Of a DNA stretch of 54,945 nt, positions 11,753 to 23,127 are shown piece after piece. Position numbers and translations under genes: made by a program. The stretch's first letter is position 1. Each line of letters opens with the position of its first letter. The DNA is from Chromera velia. Its lineage: Eukaryota. The stretch covers positions 1-54,945 of the forward strand of contig JAHBMJ010000166.1 in assembly GCA_018398765.1 (NCBI GenBank), written 5' to 3'. The notes beneath the pieces were generated by a model that was not told the DNA's origin, made no database searches, and saw only the letters and a list, made by a program, of their open reading frames with translations.

Positions 11753-12764
11753 GTCCCAGACAGAGTCCTTCCTTCCTTCCTTCCTTCCTTCCTTCAAGAA
11801 GCAAACCGAGAGGGTTCAGCAAAGAAGGAAACTCATGGCATGGGTCGCCTCCATGTGCTTCTAGCTTCATTCATCAGCACACTATACATTTGTATACTTC
11901 TCTTCCTCATACCTACCTGCAGGCTGATCTTCACTCACGAGCACAACATGATCCTCCACCCGGAGAAATTCCCAGAGGCCCTCGTGAGAAACCTCAACCA
12001 GACCATCAACCTCCACCCAGGGTTTGACGTTCTCTTCCTCGACAATCAGGACTGTAGAGAGGTAGGTCAGTGAGTCAGTGAGTCAGTCAGTCAGTCAGTC
12101 AGTCAGTTGGTCGGTGGGTGGAAGGACTGAAGTTGCGCTCCTTGATCTTCTTGCGGTCTTTTGTTCTCCATGCACTCACTGCCGAAGTCTCAAGCCTCGA
12201 TCATGGGATCCAAATGACGACATGGAATGAGGGAAATGCACGCATACGACATCTCATTTTCCCTCCCTGCCTGCAGGTTATTCATGAGACAATGGGGGGG
12301 GTGATGGTTGCCCATTTCGACCTAGAGCCCTACGGCCCCTACAAAGCAGACGTCTGCAGAGTGGCAGCCCTCGACAAGTTCGGGGGCTTCTACCTGGACA
12401 CCGACATGGGCATCATCACCCCTGTGCACAACGCAGTGCCTCCAGAAGTCACCTTCTCCACTGCTGTTGAGTTTGGGTACTCCACTGCCGACAGGGCCAA
12501 GCACGGGGGGGGATTCTTCCAGTCCTTTTTGGCTTCCGTGCCTTCACACCCGGTCTTGAAGGAAAATGAGAGGCTCTTCCAAAGGTGTGGGCACACATAC
12601 ACATATACATACACATACATGCAGACAAGCAATACATGTATATACATACATATACAGAGGCTCTTCCAAAGGTGCGGCCGTGCGTGCGATGGGGTACAGA
12701 CAGACAGGAAGCTAGAGGAAGAAAGAATCTGTATGTATGTGCGGGAATGATGGTTTGATTTGTT

Positions 12765-12795
<31 letters not shown>

Positions 12796-13414
12796 TGTCA
12801 GCGAGCGAGGGAGTGAGCAAGAGAGTGAGTGAGTAAGTGAGTGAGTGCGTGAGTGCAGGTACTACGACCAGAAGGAGGTCATCCCTTCAGGAGAGTGGAT
12901 GGGTCCAGTGCTTCTCCGGAGGGCCTTTGAATCTTGGTACGGTGGGAGTGCGCCTGCAGGGGTGGTCCTCACTCAATGGGAGGGGACTTCCTCTCTGTCC
13001 TCTGCCTTCGTGTCTGCGTGGGGGGTTGCAGAGGCTTCAGAAAAGGGGACGGGAGAAAGCAGAGGTGCGGGGGCGGAGGAGGGTGAGATGGAGTTAAGGG
13101 GGGGGGAGGAGGAGGAGGAAAGCCGATTGTTGCGGCTTGATGATCCGAAGTCCCCTCCCATGCTGCACGTTTCTTACTTGATGGAGGAAAAGAAAATGTG
13201 GGGAAAATTCGCTCATCGTCCAGAGGCCCCCCTCCGAGAGGGCGGTCCCTTTTGTGATTTTTTGCTTTTCTCTCCTTTGGAGGACAAGGTGCTTGGTTAC
13301 TCTCGAATTTTGGGTGTCCCTCACTGTATGCCGTTCAAAAAAGAGAAGAAGAAAAAATTGAGGAGATGGACACGTCATGGGCAATCAGATGCATCACCGC
13401 TTGAACCAAAATAA
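11444..13414 (+). CDS. Glycosyltransferase with DXD sugar-binding region (GT32 / OCH1-like family), about 376 aa
   Basis: Exons 11444-11571, 11923-12061, 12277-12584, 12859-13414 splice in frame. Motifs IPTR|LIFT (IPxxIHQ-like), KADVCRVAALDKFGGFYLDTD (D..R...L...GGxYxDxD), FLASVPSHPVL and MGPVLL. N-terminus uncertain. Confidence 0.88.
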
Positions 13415-15157
13415 TGCAAGACAGGGCATTGAAATGGACGTCAGAGTGATGATAAATAATAGTAAAGAGGTAAATGTCAATGAACCCATATGAAAGAAAC
13501 TGCCAGAAGCTTTAATTTAACAGGGAATACAACAACTTGAATCAGACAGGTCACACGCATTCAACAAAGCACAATTCCACGCCTGGCAAAATTGTCTGAA
13601 AGATTGATTCCAAAAATATTTTTGAAAATTCATTTGTTGGAATTAAACTTGGAGCTTGCATGCCCAGACCGGATTCAATTTGGTGAAAGCAATAAAACGC
13701 ATGTGTCCATGCAGAAAGAAATTAAGTTTTAAGGAGTACTGCAGATTATTTTTCAATAATCTTTTAGTGGTTTCATCCTTAAGCTGCGTTGAATCTGCTA
13801 CAAACCAATTTCAGTTGCGGTATGTCGTTAACTTGGTATTAAGACTAACATTAAGATTAATCATCATCATCATCATCCTAGTCATTATTATTATTAATCG
13901 GTCTATAGGCCATCATGCAATGCATGAGTCTAGGACAATGCTTTATTGCCCCTTTGCCAGACCTGCATCATACAACAGGAGGGGGCTTCATTCTCGTAAC
14001 TCTAAACACCCTGCATCTAGAAGATGCTTTCTTAATCGCTGATGTCGTTTCCCTTCCGTGGGAGGAGTGCGACGACTGTAACAGAGACTCTCAGGCAGTA
14101 GAGGCAGACAGGAAGACTGGTGGAGAGGGGAGACGGGAGATGTACTTGGGAGATGGAAAAAGAACATTCAAAAGGTGAGACGGAAAGAGAGGTAAGTAAC
14201 CATCATATGCATCAAATTGCAGGCCTTACGATGGAGGGCGCAGACAGATGTTTCGCAAGAGTCGCAGGGCCGGTATGGGTGAGTGTCTAAGTGCCAGGAT
14301 GACCTTCATTCGTGCCAATAATTCGCTTTGCGTAGCGTGTTTTAGAGGGGTGGAGTCTTTTGATAGCAACCACTTTCTCTCTCTTTCTTTGGCTCTATCT
14401 AATTTGGTTTTAATTTCGGTTACAATTGCATTCAGAGCCTCTCGATCTGCTCTTGTTTCTGTGCATTTATCATATCATCATTATCATACGCCGTCGCTAC
14501 CGGCCTATTTCTAGGCTTCTAGTGTTTGACGATGTTTGACGGCAACTAGGATGATAACGCATGAGACAGTTTCTTTTTTAACAGCGTTTAATTTAATTAA
14601 TTTCACTAAATTACTTTAGATGCCCCGTAACATAGTGAGGCGAGCCACGGGACCGGCCAATCCCGGGGTGAGCCGAACTAACGCGCACCGCCGCCGCACG
14701 GGACGCCCGCAGCTCAGAGACCAACACATGCACGCAGGCTCATGGAGGCGCCGCCATGCCAGTCTGTATTAGAAGAGAATTAAATAAAATAGAAATAAAG
14801 TGGAATTAATTCAGTCAGCTGCGTATAGCCTGGATTGAGTAAACAACAGTTGCTTGCAAAGCTTCTATTTGGCAGTCTTTACTAAAAAATAAGTAATTAA
14901 AAACATGGTAAATTACTAGTAATTTCTAAAAAAATTTAAACAAGCTCTGCTTATGACGGCCGGCCTTCTGTTAACTGGAATACAGTTCTAGATAGAGCTA
15001 CCAAATAATAGACGCCGTTTTGATGGCAGTCAGCAGCTTAAAACATGTAAAGTTTAGAACAGTTGTTAATCGATCGCGGCATGGTAAACCAGGCGGGCTA
15101 CGAAGTGTGGTGTGAGCCTCAGCAGTGAGGCAGCGGTTCCTCTAGCGGTTCTTGCTG

Positions 15158-15986
15158 TAGTGACCAGATTTGATTTGATAGAATTTGATTTGATTTGAGC
15201 TTCAAGCTCAAATCTGACCAGATTTGAGGTAGATTTAAGGTTGAAGTCTAGAGGTCACTCACAACAGCACTGAAGACGACATGGCACAGTCGACACCAGT
15301 AGTAAATCCTAGAAAGCCCTCGAGACAAGAAAATTAAGACTCCCAAAATTAATGAACTGTTGTCAAAGCTAAGAATTTACATAAGTTTTTATCCTAGAGT
15401 CATCTTAGAGAGTCATCTTAATTTAAGACTAGAATTTTCACTTGACCATTGATAATTATAGCCAAATTTTACGAATTTTATACTTTAAATTCCCTTTAAA
15501 ACTGCGAATAAAAAAGCAGACCAAAACTTAGTTGAAAACTGCACTTCTTAAGTTAGAATCTCAACTTTTAAATCTTTAGTTTACTTCAAAACTGCTACAC
15601 TTAACTGCAAACGAAAAGGCGGACTAAAACTGTAAACAAAAAGACGGACGAAAATCTTTTGGAAAAGGCGGATAAAATACGACAAATTTGAGATGAAAAG
15701 AGCCTTCACTAACCAAAGGCGAGTGGAGAATCACTGCAGATCAACCAGTTTCAATAAAATAAAAAGACGAAAGAGACGAACACGTAAGAGACGCACAAAA
15801 AAGTGGGAACACTCATTTGAGAGACTGGATGACGGATGGACCTTGAAGATTTGAGGTTAAAGGGTCAGATTTGAAGTAGATTTGATAGGATTTGATAGGC
15901 CCTATCATGCTAAAGTTTCTCAGGCCTAAGATTTGATTTGAGGTTAAGCCCTACTTCAAATCAAATCAAATCAAATCTGGTCACTA
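15158..15986. mobile_element. Non-autonomous hAT-like DNA transposon (MITE), 829 bp
   Basis: Perfect 22-bp TIR TAGTGACCAGATTTGATTTGAT (15158-15179, inverse at 15965-15986). Flanking 8-bp TSD TCTTGCTG / TCCTGCTG (7/8). Subterminal GATTTGA repeats; no ORF. An 8-bp TSD and TAGTG terminus are typical of hAT. Confidence 0.85.
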
Positions 15987-16433
15987 TCCTGCTGTTTGCG
16001 GAGGCGACCTCTAATTTTTAAAAGACAAAACGGCGACAGTGTCCTAGGTTACCAATAAATCACTTATCACTCATGGCGATGGCGCTAGCGATGGCATTAT
16101 TATCATGACGATAAGTACGCGCATTGAACTTGATGATTGAAGCCTACAAAAAATTAAAAGCCTACTTAAAGATAAAAACCTTAACATGATTTTCAATATT
16201 ACTATTCGCTAGAACGGAAAAACATTAATAGCAACAAAGATCGAAGAACAAAAAAACAGACAAAGACCACACACTGCTACCAACGCAAAGCAGTCAGACG
16301 ACTCCACACTGGCATGATTTTCAGACAATCCAACAAAACTTTGGTCCGTCCCACTGCCGCCCTCTGGTCACGCTCTGTTTTTGTTGGCCCTTTAATTGAG
16401 CCTAAGGTTTTGATGATTGCATGCATGTGTCAA

Positions 16434-17232
16434 TCATGCAGACGGCGGCTTCCCAAAGAACTGTTGCAGCAGATTGAGGCACTCACCCCTTCCCTCCACC
16501 ACGTCTCCATGACACGGAATAATTCTCTCAACTCCCCAAGAGAAAATCTTCCGTCTCGCTCTCTCAAATCCCGCCTCATCTTTGATCATGAAATTTTCGT
16601 AAAATGGAAAGTACAGCTTATCCATCCCCAACTTCCACACTCGTGTCAGCAACGGCACCCTCTCAGGCTGGCCAGGGTAGTTCCATAAAGCGTCGGACAC
16701 TATCAGGGTCTTGCTGGGTTTGTGAAAGAAAATCACCTCGTTGAAGAACGGCCGTCTCGTAAAGGGATTGTGCTCAAAATCAAGGAAACACACCTCGAAC
16801 TCCCCCAACCACTCCGAAGGAGCCCCCTCCCCCCCCTCCCCCACGACAGGCACAGTCTGATCAAAACCGACCCCCGGTTCCCTCTCTGCCAAACCAGGGC
16901 ACCCAGAAGCAACGGAAGACGGGAACTCTCGCTTCCAGTCCCCTGCAAATTTCACGTGCTCAAAGTTCGGAGACACGAGGTGCTTGATCCTCCCCGCCTT
17001 CCCCAGTGCCTCTGCCAGTGTGCGGTCGAATGCCACAGGAGAGTGGACCCAGAGAGTGCCGTCCCGAAGCCGCACCACCGCCATCTTGCCCCCCACGTCA
17101 ATTTTGTTCCAGATGAACGGCCGGTCTGCGTACCTGCACGCACATATGCAGTTAAATATTTTGATTCCGGGCATGTATTCTGAGGGTACGTGTGTATGTA
17201 GACAGTCATGTATACAAAAAGATCGAGGGCTT

Positions 17233-17270
<38 letters not shown>

Positions 17271-18546
17271 CTTCCCCTTTACTTCATTTAAGAAAGCCAA
17301 AAGGAAACTTGGGGAAGAACTGATAGAATCGACTCACTCACCCTTCTTTTTCTCACTTCTTTATTCACCCACTCGAGGAAGAAATTGACGAGCGAACATA
17401 AAAGCACAGAAACAAACAATGGAAGCCTTCTAGAACGAATCAACGAAAGTAAAAAAAGAGCAAAAGAAAAGAAGAAGAATGAGACGCACGAACAAACGAA
17501 CGAACGAAGGAAGGACAAAAGGAAGAAAGGAAGAAGGAGAAAGGAACAAGGAGAAAGGAAGAAGAAGAAAGGAAGGAAGGAAGGAAGGAAGGAAGGAAGG
17601 AAGAAAGAACGAAAGAACGAAAGAAAGAAAGAACGAAAGAACGAACGAACGAACGGACGAACCAACGAACGAACGAACGAACGAAAGAAAAAACGAACGA
17701 AAGAAAGAAGGAAAGAAAGAAAGAAAAGAAAGAAAGAAAGAAAGAAAGAAAGACACAAAATGAGAAAGAACAAAGGAAGGTAATAAAGAAAGAAGGCATG
17801 CATGCATGCATGCATGCAGGCAGGAAGGAATGAATGAAGGAACGAAAGAAGAAAGATAAAAAATCAGAAAAAACAAAGGAAGGAAATACAGAAAGCAGGC
17901 ATGCAGGCAGAAAGGAAGGGAGGAAGGAAGGAAGGAAAGATGGAAGGAAAGAGGGCAGGAAAGAGGGCAGGAAGGAGAGGAGGAAGGAAGGGAGAAGAAA
18001 AGAAATGAAAAAAGAGGAAGAAACGGGGGAAGATTGATTAATAGAAGGAAAGAGAAGAAGGAACACAGAAAGGAAGGAAGGATGGAAGAGAAGAAACGCA
18101 ATAAAAGGAAATTCGAAGCTTGCGCAAGGCAGTGAAGAAAAAGAGAAAATCATGAACGAGCGAAGGCGCATCAATGAACGAAGACAGCGGGACGGGAGCT
18201 AGGGACACAGTGAATGCCGTGCCGCCCCCCCGACCCCCGCGTACCAGATAGAGTCCGTCACTCTGCAGAGCACTTCCCCCTTTTGGTTGCTCCACGTCTT
18301 CTGCAGAGGCTCTGCTGACTCAGAAGAAACTCCGGGCTCATCTGGGGCCTTCTCTCTTGCGCTTCTTGTGTCCTCTGCGGTTGCTGTGAGAGAACCCCTC
18401 GGAGACGGCGACCGAGATGGGGGACTTGGCCGAGGTCTCCGGAAGAATTTCGGGTGGCAAGACAGATGGAAGGCAAGACCCGGCATCAGACAACCAAAAA
18501 TCGGGCATAGCAGAAGCACCGACAGGCTCACCACTTTTCTCCCCAT
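16434..18546 (-). CDS. DUF4336-family (metallo-beta-lactamase-like fold) protein with bipartite signal + transit peptide, about 333 aa
   Basis: Exons 18546-18245 and 17133-16434. Motifs MAVVRLRDGTLWVHSP, KHLVSPNFEH, NEVIFFHKPSKTLIVSD, IIPCHGDVV. The hydrophobic leader MGRKVVSLSVLLLCPIFGCLMPGLA-F is followed by an R/S/P-rich stretch. Confidence 0.88.
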
Positions 18547-19453
18547 CTCTTGAGCTTGCAAGGCTTGCTGGCAACAACACAACTCCGGATGATCGACCGG
18601 CAGGTGATTGGTTCGTCAGACTGAGTACGTCTTACACTTGTTGGTTGTATGGTTTCTGGACGGACAGTCTCACAATCAAGCGTGGCTGCATGCACGTCGG
18701 AGGCTTTCCAGATCTGGGAGCTGCATCTTTGTATATATATACCGAAATGCGCAAATTCCGTCCTTGCATGGTTCTCCGGATGGCCCCTTAATTCACTGCA
18801 TGAGATTGGGACGTCTCCAGAGACGCGGAGCTAGGGGAGACGGCATGCATGCCATGGAGACGGCGTGGACAATCCACAGACGTCTCCGTCAGACTCCCAA
18901 TCACTTCAGCTGTGGATATCCGTGACATGTCCACAGAGTGCATGGGCACCACCGCCCTGCTTTGCGAGTTTCCTATGACCTATCTCGTCTGCTTGCCCGC
19001 TAGCTGAATCAGAAGACGATGCACTGTTTTTCTTTTCCGTTGTTGTTCTTCTCGTGCCCCGGAGTCTCCGGGTTCTTCCTCAGGCCTCCGGACTCGCATC
19101 TTCATCTTCAGGGGTGGTGCCTCCAAGAGTCAGAAGGCGATGCCGCGAAAGCCTCTGGGGTCTGGGGGGACACTTGAGATGCCGATCTATGGACCGATGG
19201 AGAGCGGATTGCAGGAAGGGGAGTCAGAAGAAGAGATGCAGCAAGGAGAGGAGGAAGAGGAGGAAGAAGCTCCCCCCCGTCGTCGGTAGTGGTCCTTTTG
19301 GAGATTTTCGGGAGGGAAACAAAAGGAGAACACAGGTGAGAGCAGCCAAGAAGACGAATCAGAAAGAGCGATGGCGTATGATGATGAAGAGGGGGAGGGG
19401 GAGGGGGAGGGGGATGGGATGGGGGGAGAGGAGAAGCAGATCTGTGATGTCAG

Positions 19454-21159
19454 GAGCGGGGCACTGCGGTTGTTTGAACTTCAAGAGAGGAAGGAAGGCA
19501 GGCACGAAGACGGGGATCTGAACTTCAAGAGAGGAAGGAAGGCAGGCAGGAAGACGGGGATCTGATCGAATATTCGTGTGTGGGAGTTGATTCTCTTTTG
19601 GTTGCTGGAAAGAATTTATTCTCTAGTTGGATGAGATGGGTTCGTCGTTTGAGAGTTTGTAGATGCCTGAGAGAGATGGAGGGAGAGACTGACTGAGTGT
19701 GTGTGAGACTTCATTGTTGACATATGGATGGATGTTTCAATTTTTCTTTCAACCACGTCTGTTGCTTGTCTGTTCTTGTCGTTCCCCTGCACGGAAGGCT
19801 GAGGTGGTTGTGGAGATCTCCGCATTCATGTTTTCCCCTTTCGTCCACTGGTTTCCTTCAACAAGAAGGGAAGTAAAGCCTTTGGGAATTAAATAAGGGG
19901 GGGGGGGTTCGAGCAAGGGAGAGAGAGACGCCTGCTGTTTGAGTGTAGGAAGAAAACGAAAATGGAGTGCGACAGCGTGCTCTCAGTGTGCATGCTTACG
20001 TTTGGTTGTCGTCCCTCAATCGTGGTTCTCGCTTTTTGTTCTTACTCAAGCTTCTTTGATGTTTTATTTCCTCTTTACTCTTTATTCTATACTAAGGTCT
20101 CTTTGGCTAGCTATATGTGATCGCATCCACGTCAACGTGCACTTCTGATCGATCGATTGGTTTGTTCGTTCGTTAGGTGGTTGGCTGGTTGGTTGGTTGG
20201 TTGGGTGAGGCATTGTGGTTGGAAGTCTTCGAGGGCGGCTTCTTGAGTGTGCGGCTACACTTCATTGCCTCGCTGGTGTTCATATACGGAGTCGTTTGTG
20301 AGAGGCTTTTTATTCTGAATGGTTCGAGGACGACACGGGCGACGCGGACCTGTTGTCTCTCCTTCTTTTGTGAAGACGTACACATTACACACACATGTGT
20401 AATAACTGTGCATCTGCGCTTTTTTTGTTTTGTTTTCTTTTGGGGGGGGGGGGGGTTCGCCTGTGAGAGAGCTGCGTTGTTGTTTTGCATATGCATGCGC
20501 TTGAGTGGAATTTTGTGTGAGGCAGCTCTGAGGTTACAGGAAGAAGAAGAAGAAGAGAAGAGGAGAGAAGCGGACGTTTCCTGTACATGCAGGACGAGTT
20601 GCGTCGTTCTGGTGCAAGATGACGATCGATTTGATTGAGGCTGCATGTGAGTAGCCTTGGAGCATGCCGAGGGTCTCTCAATTGATGGATGGATGCATCG
20701 ATAGATGCAGAGTCGAATGATTGTGCAGTCTGAATGGATGCATGCTCAGGTGTCGGGACTGCAAGGGCTGCATGGGTGGACACAGAGGGGCGGGGGGGGG
20801 GGCAGCCAGTGAGTGCACTTTGTTTGTCATCATGCTTGCGTGGGCTTCATGACCTCGCTAGCTTCTTTCTTTGTGTTCCTGCAGCAAGGAAGGAAGGAAG
20901 GAAGGAAGGAAGGACAAACCCCTGTTAACTTGTCAGTGATGCCAATCGCATGAATACAAAAAGGAAAGGAAGCGTGCAGCACAAAATTGACGAAAGGTGA
21001 GGATGTAGATACATGTGCGTGCGCCTGACTGTTGCCGACCGTGAGGTGAGATGAGGGGCCTGGCAATGCCTGCAAAGAGAACGGAGATGGGGGCCGGAAA
21101 GCGATTGCCGCCACCGATGTCGACATGGTGGTGACTTCGGTATGAGATTGACAACGAGA

Positions 21160-21208
<49 letters not shown>

Positions 21209-23090
21209 CAGTGAGGATGCCTTAATCGCTTTATCTGTAGTCCTGGCCGTCAGAAGGGAGAAGGGAGGAGGGGGAGGGAGAGCATCTAACGATTCGATCG
21301 TCTGCCAATCGTCGACGGCGACTGCAATTCTGTTCCGCCGACTTGTTGTTGTCCTTCACGTCAAACAACTTTGCTCGGCACTCGAAAGATTTGGACGGAG
21401 AGTCGTTTTGGTTTTTTTGTTGCTTCCTCTAGAATCTGTGTGGAGGCTTCTTTCTTGGTTGCATGCGGAGATGTGTGTCCGTCCACACGTGCATGGTCGC
21501 ATCAATGGTGCTCCTCTGGATGGATGTGCATGAGAACGTTGGGGGTGACGGTCCCTCCCTCAAGTTATTGAAGCAGAAGCACAGGCACTCACCCAATTTC
21601 CACATGCAGAGGAGACAAGTGAAGCATGAAGGGAAAGACAACAGCGAAGGGGTTGGGGACGCCTGCCAAGGGCTTGCAAAAAGAAGGAGGGGGCGAATTA
21701 TCACACGTTTGCATGATTCCACGGGTGGGTGCATGAAGTGTCACTCTGATTCGCTGTCTCTGGCCGGAGGGAGGGAGGGAGGGAGGGAGGCTGCTTGAAG
21801 GGACCCGTTCAAGAGACAGAGCTGTGCAAGAAGAGTTCTGTCTGTCAAGTCAAAAAAGGGAGAGGCCTGAGGGAACTCCTTCCGTTGGGGTCGAACAGAA
21901 GGTGCACGTACACTCACGCAGACAGGCAGGCAGGCAGGCAGGCAGGGGGGGGCATTACTGCCGGCCCCCTCGCGTGAGGGGGTCCGACTTGACTCTGTTG
22001 CCTTCAAATGTGTCCCTCTGTGTGTCTTTTTGCTTCCTTGACTGAATTTGCATCAGAAGACTTCATCTGATCGTCTGCTTTCCTGCAGATCGGAGAGACG
22101 CCGTTCTGCCGGTCTCATACTACTGTGGTGGCACAGGACATGCATATGTGGACGCTTCCTTCATCTTTTCATGACCGTGCATGCATGCAGGCCCATTCGT
22201 TGCCTTCACATCGCAGCGTCCTTCCTGCAGGACGGACCGACCCCCCTTCACATCGCAGCGTCTGCCTTCCTGCAGTACGGATATACCCCCCTTCACACAG
22301 CAGCGTCGAGCAACTCCAAGGAGACGGCGGTCCTCCTTCTGGAGAAGGGGGCAGACAAGGACGCGAAGAACAATGTCAGTCATCCTGAGTTGAATGCCAT
22401 GATGGGTGCATGGGTGCATAGGAGAGAGAAAGAAAGTGTGAGCTTGGAGATACGCATGCATGAGGAGGGCGGGTCACTGCAGTTGTTTGAACTTCAAGAG
22501 AGGAAGGAAGGAAGGAAGGAAGGAAGGGAGGAAGAAAGGAAAGCGGGAATATGATCGAAACTTCGTTTGAGGTTTTCTTTTTTTTTTTTTTCATTAGTTG
22601 CTGGAAGGAATGTATTCTCTGGTTGGAAGAGATGGGTTTGTCGTGTGGGAGTGAGTAGGTACCTGAAAGAGATAGAGGAGGGAGGGAGGGAGGGAGGGAC
22701 TGAATCAATGTGTGGGTGGAGGGGCGGGCCCTCTTGGCTTATCGTTTATTCGAACGTTTGTGTTTTTTGTTTGTGGTGGGATGGATCGATCGATCGGTAG
22801 GTGGAACTTCACTGGTGATGCGTGCGTGGGAGTTTGAGGGAATTTCTTTCTTTGTGTCTTTTCGAATTTCTGCGTGTTTGTGTCGCTCGTTTGCCTTCAT
22901 GCAAGGGTGGGTGGATGATTGCATGCATGTGGAAGGAAATGTTCGCATGTTTTCCACCATCATCGATCGGTTGAGTTTAACGAGGGAGGGGGGGGGAAGG
23001 AAGAGTTTTCGAGAAAGTCTCCTTGAGTGTACGGCTACACTTTATTGCCTCAACCAACCGTGCTTATCGGCATGTGCATAGCGGCATTAT

Positions 23091-23127
<37 letters not shown>

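Noticed and set aside
17288..18174. Long hydrophobic F/L/S-rich ORFs
   Set aside because: Microsatellite content of the DUF4336 intron.
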